Source: an uncultured virus (IMG/VR IMGVR_UViG_3300043777_000336) (Duplodnaviria > Heunggongvirae > Uroviricota > Caudoviricetes). Taken from it: a stretch of 64,000 nt of DNA. This document shows, piece after piece, positions 18,178 through 30,158 of the stretch (the first letter of the stretch is position 1; the number at the start of each line of letters is the position of its first letter). The translations under genes and the position numbers were made by a program. A model generated the notes under the pieces. It searched no databases. It was given only the letters and a program-made list of their open reading frames with translations, and was not told the DNA's origin. The DNA is taken from the IMG/VR virus record IMGVR_UViG_3300043777_000336; one strand, 5' to 3'.

Positions 18178-21131
18178 GTCGTGCGAGCGCGCGCCGATTG
18201 CCTCCTACCGTTCCCCATTCCCAATGGGGCGCTCCAGTAATCGCTACGCACGGAACGTATGATTGCACTTCGCCCGCGTGCACACGAAGCGAGTGGTCCG
18301 GGGAGAACATTTACAGCGGTGGTAGCGTCCGCTGCACTGCCGCGCCACATTGGGACGCGATCGTGGCAGAGGCCGAACGCGTAGGTTGGCCGGTTCAATA
18401 TCGATGCGACCTGTACGTGCACGATCGCGAGTATCTCAATCAGCTTGACCCGTCGATACCGTTCGTATGGATCCTTCGCGAGAGCGGTACGCATCTAAAC
18501 GATGTTACGTACGTCGACGGTGTTGGGCATGATGCGGTGCATTTCGCGGAAAGCGTCCCGCGGATTTTTACGCCTCACGAGTGCCTCATCTACACGTGGG
18601 ACGGCCGCTACCTGCACAAGCATCAAACCCCTGAGACCGCGGCTGACGCGATCCGCGTGCTCAAAGCACGACATGAGGCGAAAGGGGCTTGACCGGCAAA
18701 CGCATCGAACGTATCATGCAAAATACTGGGAGCGCGGGTCGAGCCGCGGAAAGGTCAAATCCCAATGAGCAACGAACACACCGAGTGTACGGTAGACGTC
18801 CAAATTACAGGGTCCATGGGACTCTACGCGATTCTTCCGCTCACCGTGAACGGTACCGTTTGGATCGCGAAAAATTGCTCTATCGGTCGCCGGACGTGGC
18901 AAGCGGGTGCACTCATGTGTGAGGGCGGCGAGCAGTGCCGTGAAATCGTGCGCGGGATGGATCGTGACGGACTTTCCGTCACCGTCAACGGAACGGACAT
19001 GGCCGGCTTCAGCCGAAAGGCGGCATCGTGAGACCTGGATTCGTCTCTAGGGGAACGCGCGCCTACGTCGGTCAGTCTCTTATGACTGGCAAGCTCGCGA
19101 TCTTTCATTCCGACGTTCTCCCGAGTGAGAGAACCCACGGCGACCGGTTCAAGTTTGCAATAGGACCCTTCGAGACGGAAGCCGGCGCGCGCCTCATGAT
19201 CAAGTGCATCGAAAACCGGCTATTCGCGGTCACCATCGAAGATTGCGAGCATTTCGTGCGGATACGTGCGCCGCAAGAGATACCGGTGTCAACATGAAGC
19301 CTACTATCCGCAAGGTCAAAACCGTCCGCGGGCGCCTCGAAGGCTACAAGGCGACCTTCGGTCCGGTCGAATCGGGTACGCGCAAGACTCCGAAAGAAGC
19401 GGCGCTCTCGTGTGAGCACGAAGCGCTCTCGGCGCTCGGGAGACTGGACCGAGGCACACGCGTTTTACGGTGGCGTGGACATACCGCCGTCATCATGCCG
19501 ACGATCAGCGGGTGGTCGTACTGGATCGACACGGCAAGCCGCTCGGACATTATCCAAGGAACAAGTTCGACAGACCGCGAGGGCGCGGAAAACGCCGCGC
19601 TGCATCACCTGGCGCAGAACGTTTGGACGCCGGAGGTCGCGGACGATGAAGCATTTCTGAGAGCGGAACCTAGTGCGGACGAGTGCGGCCTACCGTACAT
19701 CGTCCGCGATGTGCTCCGACCGTGGTTCAATTTCCAGCGCGCCTACGTCGCATTGCGGAAAGATGGTTACTCCGACGTCGAGGCGCACCGTCTCGCCGGG
19801 GAAGCGAGGTCCGCGTGACAACGCCGCGCTCCACGCCGCGCTCCACGTCTACCGTGTCCCATCTCGCATCCTGCACCTTGCCTACTCACGTCTGGTTTAT
19901 TGACCTTTTCCGGGGGTGCGTGGGCAAGGTCCAGTATTCGAGAGACCATTTCGGCGAAGATGTCACCCGCCTCGTCATACGTTATCCGCGAGGTCGAGCC
20001 GTTCGATCGGAAGGCCAGCGGTGTCATGGGAGCGCTACGGAGTTCTGCCACGCTGAGGCGACGCGGTGTGAGTTTCGCTCGATAGGTCGACCGCGCGCCT
20101 ACTACTGCGATCGACACTGGATTACCGCCGGCTTTGACGGTACCTCGCCGCGTGACCGCGCGTGGGTGACGTACGAAGGACCGCGCGAGTTCCCGGAACC
20201 GAAAGAGGTCAAATAATGGATCCTGATGCGAATCTGTCTGAGCAATTGGACCTTGCCAAAGTCATCATCGACAACATCGACGCCGGTACCGAACCGGATA
20301 CCGATGACGTTGCACGACTTGCGGAGCTAGTTCTCGCGCTCAACAAGTGGCTGCACAACGGTGGTTTTCTACCCGAAGCTTGGAAGGGCGCCAGTAGGCC
20401 ATGACCGCCGCTGTCCTCACCGAGGAAGAGCGCCGCCGCAAGGCCCGCCGTCGGCGAAACGAGCGCGTACCGTTCGACTGGCAAATCGTCAAGGTCGAGC
20501 AAACAGGCATGTGCGATGAAGGATGGATCGCCGAGAGCAAGATCAAAACCTGCGGCGTCTTCTACCTGTTTGACCGAAATCGGCACGTGCATATCTGTTC
20601 GTTCGAGCCGCTCTACGAGTGTTTCCCAATCTGCGGTTACGCAGAGTCGACCATTCCGCTCGGCGTCATGACCGACAAAGAGTCCGAAGAATTGGGCGAC
20701 TTCGAGCTCGAAATGCTCAATTCGGAAGAGAACGCGTGCGCCTACATGGGCGTCCCGGAGACCGACCGCATGCCGCGCCAGCCGGTGCACTGTGCTCTCA
20801 AGCGCGAACCTGAGGAAGATTGCGAGACGTACTACAACCGTGCTGTCGAGGAAATGCTCGAAGACCTACGAGGGAACCCGCCATGGTTTTGAGAAAAGGA
20901 CAGCCCGGCGACGTCGCCCTTATCCGTAACGCCCTCTTCCACCTGCGTACGGCTCGCGATCTACTGCGCAGGGTTGGCGCCAAGAAATCACTCGACCGTG
21001 TACGTCACGCACTCAAAAGCGCCGAAGGCGCCGAGCGCCATGCCTACCGCTGCGATCCGGCCCGCGAGGCGGAACGAACCGCCGTTCAACGCGGTCGCCG
21101 CCCGTACCCAACAGAGAACGAAGTCCAATGA
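18174..21131 (+). other. Array of small coupled hypothetical phage genes (18174-18692, 18765-19031, 19028-19297, 19294-19818, 19815-20216, 20216-20404, 20401-20892, ~20889-21131)
   Basis: Consecutive + strand ORFs with ATGA/GTGA overlaps. Confidence 0.65.
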
Positions 21132-23071
21132 ACGCCACCGTCGAAACCTCACTCCCCACCATGAGCGCATCTTATTCGCCGGAGGACAATAAAATCCGCC
21201 TGCGTGCGTCGTCGCGGCTCCCCAAAGAGCTGTATGAGCGCGTCAAGACCGCCGGCTTCCACTGGGCCCCGCGGCAAGAACTATTCGTCGCTCCCATGTG
21301 GACCCCCGAGCGCGCCGACCTGGCGATCGAGCTGTGCGGCGACATCGGCGACGAGGATACGTCGCTCGTCGAGCGCGCCGAGGAGCGCGCAGAGCGGTTC
21401 GAGGAGTACGGTGAGCATCGCGCCGAAGACGCCGAGCGCGCACACGCCGCGGTCGCACGCATTGCGGATAATATCCCCCTCGGTCAACCGATCCTCGTCG
21501 GCCACCATTCCGAGCGCCACGCCCGCAAAGACGCTGAGAAGATCCGAAGCGGCATGGCCCGCGCCGTCAAAATGTGGGAAACGTCGAAATACTGGGAGGC
21601 TCGCGCGAAGGGTGCGCTTCACCACGCCAAGTACAAGGAAGACCCGGGCGTGCGTCACCGACGGATCAAGGGATTGGAGGCCGACCTGCGCAGGCACGAG
21701 AAAGACCGGGATAGGTCGCTCGCGGGCGTCGAGGTCTGGTCGAGCGCGCCGGGCCAGCAGCCGGTTACGCGTGAACGTGCCCTCATGCTTACAAACTACG
21801 ATCGCACCGTGCCCTTCGGTACACATTCCGCGCTCGACAAGAACGAGATCACGGTCGAAGAAGCAACCCGCCGCGCCGTCGAGGCGCATAAACGCTTCCT
21901 CACGTGGGCCGAGCGATGGATCGCACACGTTCAAAACCGCCTGACGTACGAGCGCGCCATGCTCGGCGAGACAGGTGACATCGCTGTCCACCGCGAGGGA
22001 TTTGACGTGAAGCCCGGCGGGCAGATATCCGTACGCCGCGGATGGGACGGGTGGGCTGTAGTCCTGCGCGTCAACAAGTCGGGCGGCGAGATCAACTCGT
22101 ACACGGTCAAGGGCCGCTTTGGACGGCATAAGGTCGGCATCGAAGAGGTCACAGACTACAAGCCACCGAGCGAGGAAGATGCCGCGAAGGTCGCCGCCGC
22201 GACGAAGCTGTCGCCACTCGTCAACTACCCCGGCGAGGGCTTCCGGCACATGACGAAAGCGGAATGGGACTCGCGCGCCCGGTGCTCGGATTTCTACCAC
22301 GTTGCACGTATGGTCGCGACGCCCGGAGTGGGCGCGCACCGTCAGCGCGTGACGATCAAGGGTGGCGGTGACTTCTCCAACGTCAGCGTCTACATCACGG
22401 ACATTCCCGGGAAGGGTCTGCCGGCACCGGCGCCACGCGGCGAAAAGCCGGAACTGCCGGCACGATTGCCGCCCGCGCCCCCCGTGTTTGGAGTTATCAA
22501 AACCACCTCGCAAGTCACGACGCATCCCGAGCTGTTCGATAAGTTCGACGCAATGAAAGCGTCGCTCAAAGTCGGCGTTCAAGTCGTCTCGGCGGACCAG
22601 CTCTTCCCGACGCCGCCCGACCTGGCGGCGCGCATGGTGCGCCTCGCGGGCATCGGTGATGGTGACCGCGTCCTCGAGCCCAGCGCCGGCACGGGAAACA
22701 TCGTCCAGGCGATTCGAGCGCGGGGCGGCATCGTTACGGCGGTGGAGATCAATCCTAGCCTCGCCAAGTTGACGGATGCTCACTGCGCCGACTTTCTCGA
22801 TTTCGTCGGTCCGGAGGCGGAAGGTGCCCCGTTCGAGTTCGACGCCGTCGTCATGAACCCGCCATTCAAAGACGCGGTCGACGTCATGCACGTCATGCGC
22901 GCTCGAACGTTCCTGAAGCCCGGCGGTCGACTCGTCGCCATCTGCGCCGGAGGTCCGCGACAAGCCGAGAAGCTCAAGCCGCTGGCCGAGACGTGGGAGG
23001 AGTTACCGGCCGGCACGTTCGACGGGACCGGAGTGCGAACTGTACTGCTCACGATGCGGGGGCCGTCGTGA
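21128..23071 (+). CDS. DUF3560-domain protein fused to an N6-adenine-type methyltransferase
   Basis: IPLGQPILVGHHSERHARKD (DUF3560); FPTP, VLEPSAGTG (motif I), MNPPF (motif IV). Confidence 0.85.
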   Translation: MNATVETSLPTMSASYSPEDNKIRLRASSRLPKELYERVKTAGFHWAPRQELFVAPMWTPERADLAIELCGDIGDEDTSLVERAEERAERFEEYGEHRAEDAERAHAAVARIADNIPLGQPILVGHHSERHARKDAEKIRSGMARAVKMWETSKYWEARAKGALHHAKYKEDPGVRHRRIKGLEADLRRHEKDRDRSLAGVEVWSSAPGQQPVTRERALMLTNYDRTVPFGTHSALDKNEITVEEATRRAVEAHKRFLTWAERWIAHVQNRLTYERAMLGETGDIAVHREGFDVKPGGQISVRRGWDGWAVVLRVNKSGGEINSYTVKGRFGRHKVGIEEVTDYKPPSEEDAAKVAAATKLSPLVNYPGEGFRHMTKAEWDSRARCSDFYHVARMVATPGVGAHRQRVTIKGGGDFSNVSVYITDIPGKGLPAPAPRGEKPELPARLPPAPPVFGVIKTTSQVTTHPELFDKFDAMKASLKVGVQVVSADQLFPTPPDLAARMVRLAGIGDGDRVLEPSAGTGNIVQAIRARGGIVTAVEINPSLAKLTDAHCADFLDFVGPEAEGAPFEFDAVVMNPPFKDAVDVMHVMRARTFLKPGGRLVAICAGGPRQAEKLKPLAETWEELPAGTFDGTGVRTVLLTMRGPS

Positions 23072-23385
23072 CGAACAACGGACATGTGGATGCCATGGTG
23101 GGTCGTATCTACTGGCATTATAAAGGCGGTAGGTATCTAGTCGACTGCCTCGCAGAGACACATCACCATAACGGTGACATCGACGTCATCTACATCTCTC
23201 TCACGAATGGTAAATACGTTACTCGGCCACTCAGGAGAGATTCTCGTAATGAGGACTCTTGGACGGATCCCATCACGTGGCCAGACGGCAAGATCCGCAA
23301 TCGCTTCACGTACGTCTCAGAGATCAGCGACGAAGACTCCGCAGCGCTTCAGCGTCTAGGTCCCCACCAGGCGGCGCCGTTATGA
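23068..23385 (+). CDS. DUF1653-like protein
   Basis: YWHYKGGRYLV...VIYISL...TRPL...RF. Confidence 0.7.
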   Translation: MTNNGHVDAMVGRIYWHYKGGRYLVDCLAETHHHNGDIDVIYISLTNGKYVTRPLRRDSRNEDSWTDPITWPDGKIRNRFTYVSEISDEDSAALQRLGPHQAAPL

Positions 23386-23840
23386 GCAACCCGCTGCTGA
23401 TGAAAGCGCCTCCTCCGCCACGCGTTCGAAAAATTTCAGCACCCGTCAATCACTTCATGTCTATCGGTGGACGTCGATTCACGCTTTCGCGCGGCGAGCA
23501 CTTGGAGCACTACAAGAACGATGTTCACTGGAACGACCAGTGGCCCATTCTTTACCTGGGGAAACGCGCCGGAACCTTGGTTCGTGACTTGAACTACGGA
23601 CTGACGACCGCCGGCAAACCACGCTGGCGCGCGTCGACGCGTGAGCTGTACTGGAAACACGCCCCCGACGCACCTACCGGAATCGGTTTCGACGTTGCCG
23701 CGTTCGACACGGCTCGCGAGGCCCTCATCGCATGGGGGCGCAGCGCAGACCAGATACTCGATTGGGAAGAGGGCAAACCCATTCGAAGCGTCTACTCAAA
23801 AACCGGCGTCTATCAGCGCCTACCAAAAGAGGCTTCATGA
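23382..23840 (+). CDS. Hypothetical protein
   Basis: Coupled ORF. Confidence 0.6.
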   Translation: MSNPLLMKAPPPPRVRKISAPVNHFMSIGGRRFTLSRGEHLEHYKNDVHWNDQWPILYLGKRAGTLVRDLNYGLTTAGKPRWRASTRELYWKHAPDAPTGIGFDVAAFDTAREALIAWGRSADQILDWEEGKPIRSVYSKTGVYQRLPKEAS

Positions 23841-25258
23841 TCACCGTCCGTTCTGCCGTCCTCGTAGGCATCGAATCCCGCCCGGTCACCATCACGGCCG
23901 AGGTCAGCATGAGCCCCGGCGGTCTCATGATCACCGGGCTATCGGCGCCCGCGATGCGCGAGGCTCGCGTGCGAGTCAAGTCGGCACTCGCCCAGTGCGG
24001 CATCGAGGCCGGCAACGTCGACGTCACCGTGACGCCCGAGGTCGCCGCCTATCCGGGGAGCCTCGACCTGGCCATCGCGATTGCAATTGCTACGTTGCGA
24101 GGCAAATGTACTACCGCTCGACGTGACGTCACCGTCATCGGCGAACTGGCGCTCGACGGACACGTGCATCAGGTGCGTGGTGTCGTCGCGCACGCTCGCG
24201 CAGCGGGGACGGGACACATCATCGTGCCGGCCGGAAACGCTACCGACGCGGCGGTGACAAAGGCTCAAGTGCTGTACTGCGATACGCTCGAAAAGGCGAT
24301 TGCTGGCGAATACTCCGTCATGTCGATCATGCCGCATCGCGACCTGAATCGCTTGGAGTCTCAGCGTAACGACGCACTCGACATCGCCGACATCCCATCT
24401 CCCACGGTTCGTCGTGCTCTCGAAATCTCCGCGGCCGGTCGTCACCCGCTTTTGCTCGTCGGAGCTCCGGGTTCCGGCAAGACGATGGCTGCGCGACGTC
24501 TCGCCGGCATTCTGCCGAGTCTCACGGCCGACGAAGCGCTCGACGTGCTCACCATTCACGACGCGGCGGGCCTACGCGGCGGTGGATGGGGGCAAGCCTT
24601 GAAAGGCGCCCCGGTCTCCCGACCCTTCCGCGCTCCCCATCACACCGTCTCGGAAATCGGGCTCCTAGGGGGCGGCGACGCACCGAGGCCGGGGGAGGTC
24701 ACGCTCGCACATCACGGCGTGCTCTTCCTCGACGAAGTGCACGAGTTCCGAAAGAGTGCGCTCGAAGCGCTCGGAAGGGTACTCGCCGAGGGCAAAGTCA
24801 CTCTGCGCCGGACGGCGACGATGCCGGCCTCGCCGCTGCTCGTCGGCGCGACGAACCCGTGCGGGTGCGGGCCGTCGTACGTTACGGGGTGCAAGTGCAC
24901 ACCCGAGCGACTCAAGAGCTACCGCGACCGAGCCGTAGCGTACGAGTCACTTTTCGCGATGCGCGTCGACCCAGGCAACATGGCGCACATCGCGTCGGGC
25001 CGGATACCGGTCGGGACGGAAACTAGCGCAACCGTCCGGGCGCGCGTCGAGGCGGCGAGGAAGATCCTCGCGTCGACGGTGCCGGGTATCTCACCCGAGG
25101 CGCAACGCTTGTTCGACAAGACATCCACAACGGCGCTGTTCGTCGAGTACGGCCGGACCGTTTCGCGCGTCGCCCGCACCATCGCCGCGCTTGACGGCAC
25201 GGACATCATCACCGGCCCGCACATGGCCGAGGCGCTCTCATTTCAGGTGCGACCATGA
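23837..25258 (+). CDS. comM: ComM/YifB Mg-chelatase-like AAA ATPase
   Basis: REARVRVKSAL, DLAIA, IGELALDG, GAPGSGKT, RPFRAPHHT, PGEVTLAHHGVLFLDE, ATNPCGCG. Confidence 0.88.
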   Translation: MITVRSAVLVGIESRPVTITAEVSMSPGGLMITGLSAPAMREARVRVKSALAQCGIEAGNVDVTVTPEVAAYPGSLDLAIAIAIATLRGKCTTARRDVTVIGELALDGHVHQVRGVVAHARAAGTGHIIVPAGNATDAAVTKAQVLYCDTLEKAIAGEYSVMSIMPHRDLNRLESQRNDALDIADIPSPTVRRALEISAAGRHPLLLVGAPGSGKTMAARRLAGILPSLTADEALDVLTIHDAAGLRGGGWGQALKGAPVSRPFRAPHHTVSEIGLLGGGDAPRPGEVTLAHHGVLFLDEVHEFRKSALEALGRVLAEGKVTLRRTATMPASPLLVGATNPCGCGPSYVTGCKCTPERLKSYRDRAVAYESLFAMRVDPGNMAHIASGRIPVGTETSATVRARVEAARKILASTVPGISPEAQRLFDKTSTTALFVEYGRTVSRVARTIAALDGTDIITGPHMAEALSFQVRP

Positions 25259-26110
25259 CCCGTGCCGACGCTCACCTGTTGAACACGATCCGCGAGATCA
25301 TGGGGAAAGCGCCCATCCCGGACATCGGCCGAGACGCGGGAGAGCGACGTCCTGCACGAAGCAGGGTCGACGACGGCGACCACCGAGTCATCACGGATTT
25401 CCGGTTCCTACAAAACTTGGCCCAATTCGAAGGAGACGGTAACAGGCGGACACCGCGAAAGGCCGGTGCACTGTGAAAATCTACAGGTACCGACTCGAAA
25501 TCGAAGACGTGCAGGTAATCGACGTCCCTCGTCGCTTCAAAGCGCTGTCTGCCGACGTCCAAAACGGCCAACTCACCGTGTGGATGCTCGTCGACGAAAC
25601 GGAGGAAGTTGTCCCTGTTCGTTTCTTCATCGTCGGAACAGGCAATCCGGCCGACCACGTGTTCAAGTTCGATAACGGAACACTCAAACCGCTCATGCAA
25701 TTCGCCGGCACGGTGCAGATGCCGCCGTTCGTTTGGCACGTCTTCGTAGAGGGTGTCTTCGGCGGCACCGTAGAGGACGTTTCGTGATCCACTACAAGCT
25801 CGACTCAAAGACTCATGCCGTCGAGCCCTGCTCCTTTTTGGAGAGTGCGGCTCAGGAGAACAGGGTCGACGAAACTTTCATTGGGACCGTTCATGTCTCG
25901 ACCATTTTTCTCGGTCTCGCTCACGGTCTCGATAGCAACGATCGACCCATCCTGTTCGAAACGATGATCCTCGGCGGGTCCGCGGACGGTCACCAAGTTC
26001 GCTCTTGCACATGGGACGAAGCTGTCCTTGCCCACGCAGAGGCCGTCGTCATCGCCAAAACGCACGAAAACGCAACCCGGATGACGACCCTCCTAAAGGA
26101 TCTCTCATGA
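25255..26110 (+). other. Three small hypothetical genes (25255-25476, 25473-25787, 25784-26110)
   Basis: Coupled ORFs; IVGTGNP...GTVQMPPFVWHVF and VSTIFLGL...FETMILGG look like phage protein motifs. Confidence 0.6.
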
Positions 26111-27093
26111 AGAAGCGACTCTTCCCAAAGCGTCTCTTCCCCGGCGAGACCAAACGTCTCACCGACAAGCAGCGCCGCGCTCGGTTCAATGACATCTTCA
26201 TCGCGCTCTTCTCGGGCACTCCCGGAGATCCTCCAGTCGGATCGGACGCCGGCTTCTTGTGCTCGGACTGTATGCCGCTCGAAACCGATATTTCGTCTAC
26301 CGACGTCGAGGTCTGGCGAGAATGTTCTCACGGATGGACCGGGCCGGTCATCTGTAGCGAGTGCCATCTGTCCATTCCGGTCTACGTCGACGCGCACGAA
26401 GACAGGAAACCGCCGCCGGGAGGCCGTCCACTTTGTCGTTTCTGTCAGCAACCCGCTGGCACGTCGGCCGACTGCGGCAACTGTCAGTACGTCGCGAGAC
26501 AAGCGGGGCTACCGCCGCCAAACGGAAACGTTATCCACGGTACCTTCGACCACATAGGTGCAACCGAAGCATTCAACCGCGCGTCGGAGCTGGACAGTGA
26601 TCCAAAGACTTACGAGGCTGCCGAAGAGCTCTATCGCAAAGCTCTGCGTCTGGACCCGAGCTTCAGCGAGGCCATAATCAACCTTGGAAACCTCCGGCAC
26701 CGCCGTCGCGACTCGTTCGAGGCCATCGAATGCTACCAGGCCGCCATCAAGATCAACTCCAGACAAGTCGAACCGTTCTATAACATCGGCTGCATATATG
26801 CCGAAAGCGGCACTCCCGCGCGAGCGATACCTTATTACAAGACAGCGCTCGTCGCTTGTGGCCTTGTAGAGCATGACAAAGAGCTACGCGCGGACGTTCA
26901 TTACATGCTCGCTATCTCACTGGACGAAACCGGCGACGTAAGCGCCGCGAGAGAGCATTGGCAGCACTATATCGACCTGTTACCGCGTGGAGAATGGGCC
27001 GAAATGGCGCGACAGTGGCTCATCAATACCGCGTCACTGGTCGAAAGAAAATCAAAGCCACAACTTGTGGCCATCCGGGGAGGAAAAGCATGA
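26107..27093 (+). CDS. Zn-finger + TPR protein
   Basis: Several CxxC pairs; TPRs AEELYRKALRLDPSFSEAIINLG, FYNIGCIY. Confidence 0.8.
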   Translation: MKKRLFPKRLFPGETKRLTDKQRRARFNDIFIALFSGTPGDPPVGSDAGFLCSDCMPLETDISSTDVEVWRECSHGWTGPVICSECHLSIPVYVDAHEDRKPPPGGRPLCRFCQQPAGTSADCGNCQYVARQAGLPPPNGNVIHGTFDHIGATEAFNRASELDSDPKTYEAAEELYRKALRLDPSFSEAIINLGNLRHRRRDSFEAIECYQAAIKINSRQVEPFYNIGCIYAESGTPARAIPYYKTALVACGLVEHDKELRADVHYMLAISLDETGDVSAAREHWQHYIDLLPRGEWAEMARQWLINTASLVERKSKPQLVAIRGGKA

Positions 27094-29423
27094 AAAGATC
27101 CAATACGAAGCCCGCCACACCCAAAGCCATCACCCTCAAAGTGACGGTGGCCGACATCGTCTACAAACACCGCGTCGTCGAGTTCCCCTCGGTCTGCCCT
27201 GGCTGCAAAGCCGACCTTACGCAACCGGGTGCCATGGACGGTGTGGAGTATTCCTCCGAAGAGCGCCCCATGATCGTCGAGGACGATGACGTCGACTACG
27301 ATCCGGACAACGGCCCGTCGTGTTTCGACGGCGCTGGGAGCATCGGCTGGCTGTTCATCAGCTGCCGCAGGTGCTGTAGGACTCTCGCCGAGGGAAGCGA
27401 GACGGACGAGACGGAGAAAACGGAGAAGCCCGCTCTCGCTGGCACCGGCACATGATCCATCGCCACTGCAACAGGGCCACCCTCATGGGCCGCATCCGAG
27501 CGAGCCGCGTCGTCTACGCGACGCTCGCTCAAGTGAATACCGAGCCGACCGACGCCGAGGTCCGTGCGTGCCGTATCTCACTGGGCCGTGAGGCCATCGA
27601 CCGGCTCATCGAGTCGGCCTCGTGTCCCAACTGCCACGCCATTCACTATCCCGAGATCGCCAGCTCGTTTCGACTTCTCCAAGAGGGCTGGAACGCTCTC
27701 ACCGAAGACGCGAAAGCCGCACGCACGGCTCTACGCAAAGAACGCGAAGAAAGGAACCCGAAGTGACGCCCAAGGTCTTCGATCCCGTCGACTCGTTCGT
27801 GCGACTGCTCCACAGCATCGCCGACCATATGGCCGGCTGGCAGCTCGACCGCTCTACGGACTCCCAACGAGGCTCGCTTACCACGGCGGCCGTTCACGTG
27901 CGCCAGGCCGCCAAGCACTTCCTGCGCGCCAACGGCCGCAAAGTGCCAGAGGACCCGTCATGAGGACGAGTGGAGGAGGTCTTCTTCGAATCGTTGTCGC
28001 CGCGCCGAAGAAACAGGCCATCATCAAGACGATCCCGAACACACTAGAGGCAATCACCGCAGAAATCAGCGGCCCTCTAGAGCTGATTCGCCTCGACGGC
28101 TTACGGCCGCGAGGCATCCACTGCTACATCAACGAAAATGGGAAGCTCACGAATCCGCCACTAGCTCCGAACCTCGCCATTCCGGGCGACACGGTGGTCG
28201 GAAACATCGTCGCGTCCAAGAGTAACACCGAAGGCGAGGAGGTTGGGCTCACTGAGCGCGAAGCGAAGTTCACCTGCATCTATCTCAACGCACTGCGAGG
28301 GCTTTCATGAAGTACGCCGAGAACACGTCCGTCCCCGTCGAGAAGTCCAAGATGGAGATCGAGCGCATCCTCCGGCGCTACGGCGCGACGTGCTACGCCT
28401 CGGGGTGGGACGACACCCGAGCGACCGTCCTTTTCGAGGCGCACAAACGGCGAATCAAGTTCGTTCTGCCCCTCCCTCCAAAAGATGAGTACACGAAGAC
28501 CCCCGAGGGTCGCACCCGGCACAAGGCCGACATGATCGAGCTGGCCTGGGAACAGGGCTGCCGTTCGCGGTGGCGGGCGCTCGCGCTCGTCATCAAGGCC
28601 AAACTCGAGGCCGTCGAAAGCGGCGTATCGCTCTTCGAGCACGAGTTCGGAATGCAAACCGTCATGCCCAACGGCAAGACGGTGGGCGAGACCGTCATCC
28701 CGCAAATCGACGAGGCGTACAAGACCGGCAAGATGCCGCCGATGTTGGGGATGGGATCATGAAAAACACCGCACGTCGCGCCGCACCTCGCCCGTCGGAA
28801 ACCGCACTCGCGGAGAAGGTTCGAATCTACGAGGCCGCACTCAACAGTCTCGCGTGCTGGAGCGAGACCGGATATCGAGAAACTAACCAGCTCTCCGGTC
28901 TCGACGAACCGAGTGCAGCGGGCATGGCCCGCGCTGCACTGAAGGAAGCTGGGGCCGAGATTCCCATTCCTGCGCCGAAAATTGACCCAGCAAAGGCCGT
29001 CGACGCCATCCGTCAGATTCGAGAGCTACTCGCCTCAAAACGGTCGAGCATGATTCTTGGATCGGACAGCTTCGAAAAACTCCACAAGATCGTCGATTCA
29101 ACAAGAACGGGGCGGCAATGAGCTTCGACCCTACCCCGGCCGATGTCGAATGGATGACCGAGCGAGCCATGAAACTCGGCGACGAACGCCTGGCCAAACT
29201 CGGCAAGGGAGCCCGGCTCTGCGCGGACGAATGGGACACCATCCTCCGGCAAGCCCTCGTTGACGGCGAGAAGCACGCTCGCGAGGTCGAGGAACGCAAA
29301 GAGCACCAGGCGCTCATGGACCAGCGTAAGCGTGACGAGCAGGACCGCGCCGCGGGCAAGCCGACTTTGCGCGCGTCGTTCGCGGATCTGCTCGCGGCGA
29401 AAGGAATTACGAGGGTCAAATGA
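27090..29423 (+). other. Array of small hypothetical genes, including a DUF3846-like ORF (27960-28310) and a phage-type protein (28307-28762)
   Basis: Coupled ORFs; PNTLEAI...YINENGKL...PN...VGNIV; WRALALVIKAKLEAVESG. Confidence 0.6.
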
Positions 29424-29947
29424 AGTACGCATCTCTTCTCTGTTTCTGCGCTTGCGGTGCCCCGTTCGAATCGGCACATCACGTCCCCGCCGAAGGCGGT
29501 CTCGAAGGCTCTCACCCAGACGGAACCGCGCCCGAGGCCGGCAAGGACGCTCACGGCGAAGCGACGCCACCCGTCGACGCACCACCTCCGACCGACGCCG
29601 GGCACGACGTCGTCCCACCGCCATTCGACGCCGCGCACGATGCTCCGGCACCTCCCGTCGACTCCGGCCATGACACCGGCTGCACGCCATTCGGCACCGC
29701 AATGGTCACGTGCCCGGACCTGACTCCGATCTCCACGACCCCGACCAACTACTGCGTCTACGACAGCACGTCCGGCGTCAGCACACTCGCCACGACGCCG
29801 GCAGAGTGCCAGTGCAAGAGTACATACAGCTGCGCCTGCCTGGAAGGGTCCGTAACCGTCCCTGGCCAGCTCTGTAAAGCAACCCAAGTCTATGCCGGAT
29901 GCACCGTGGTCGGCGGCGCTCCGCTCGTGACGTGCGAGGACCCGTGA
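29420..29947 (+). CDS. Myxobacterial-style Cys-rich lipoprotein with DAG/DA repeats
   Basis: LLCFCACG lipobox-like; PPVDAPPPTDAGHD...DAAHDA...DSGHDTG; Cys-rich C-terminus. Confidence 0.7.
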   Translation: MKYASLLCFCACGAPFESAHHVPAEGGLEGSHPDGTAPEAGKDAHGEATPPVDAPPPTDAGHDVVPPPFDAAHDAPAPPVDSGHDTGCTPFGTAMVTCPDLTPISTTPTNYCVYDSTSGVSTLATTPAECQCKSTYSCACLEGSVTVPGQLCKATQVYAGCTVVGGAPLVTCEDP

Positions 29948-30158
29948 AAGACTTTGCTTTCCCACAGCTACTACCGGTACCGCACGTCCGCACCACCGCG
30001 CCCGTCGTACCGCCAGAGCTGAATCCAAGACTCCTCGGCGACCTCGCACAGCTCTGTCGCGTCGAAAGCACCCGAGCCAGGACCATCGACGATTACACGC
30101 ACCTCAACTGGATCGCCGCGGACCTCGACCGGCGGTGGAGGAAGGCGGTAGACAACCG

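Noticed and set aside
29944..29970. KDFAFPQ shared by the starts of ORFs 29944 and 6877 (also MKTEAQI/MKTDAQI at 4215 and 5590)
   Set aside because: Seven-residue matches with no further similarity; cannot be distinguished from chance.
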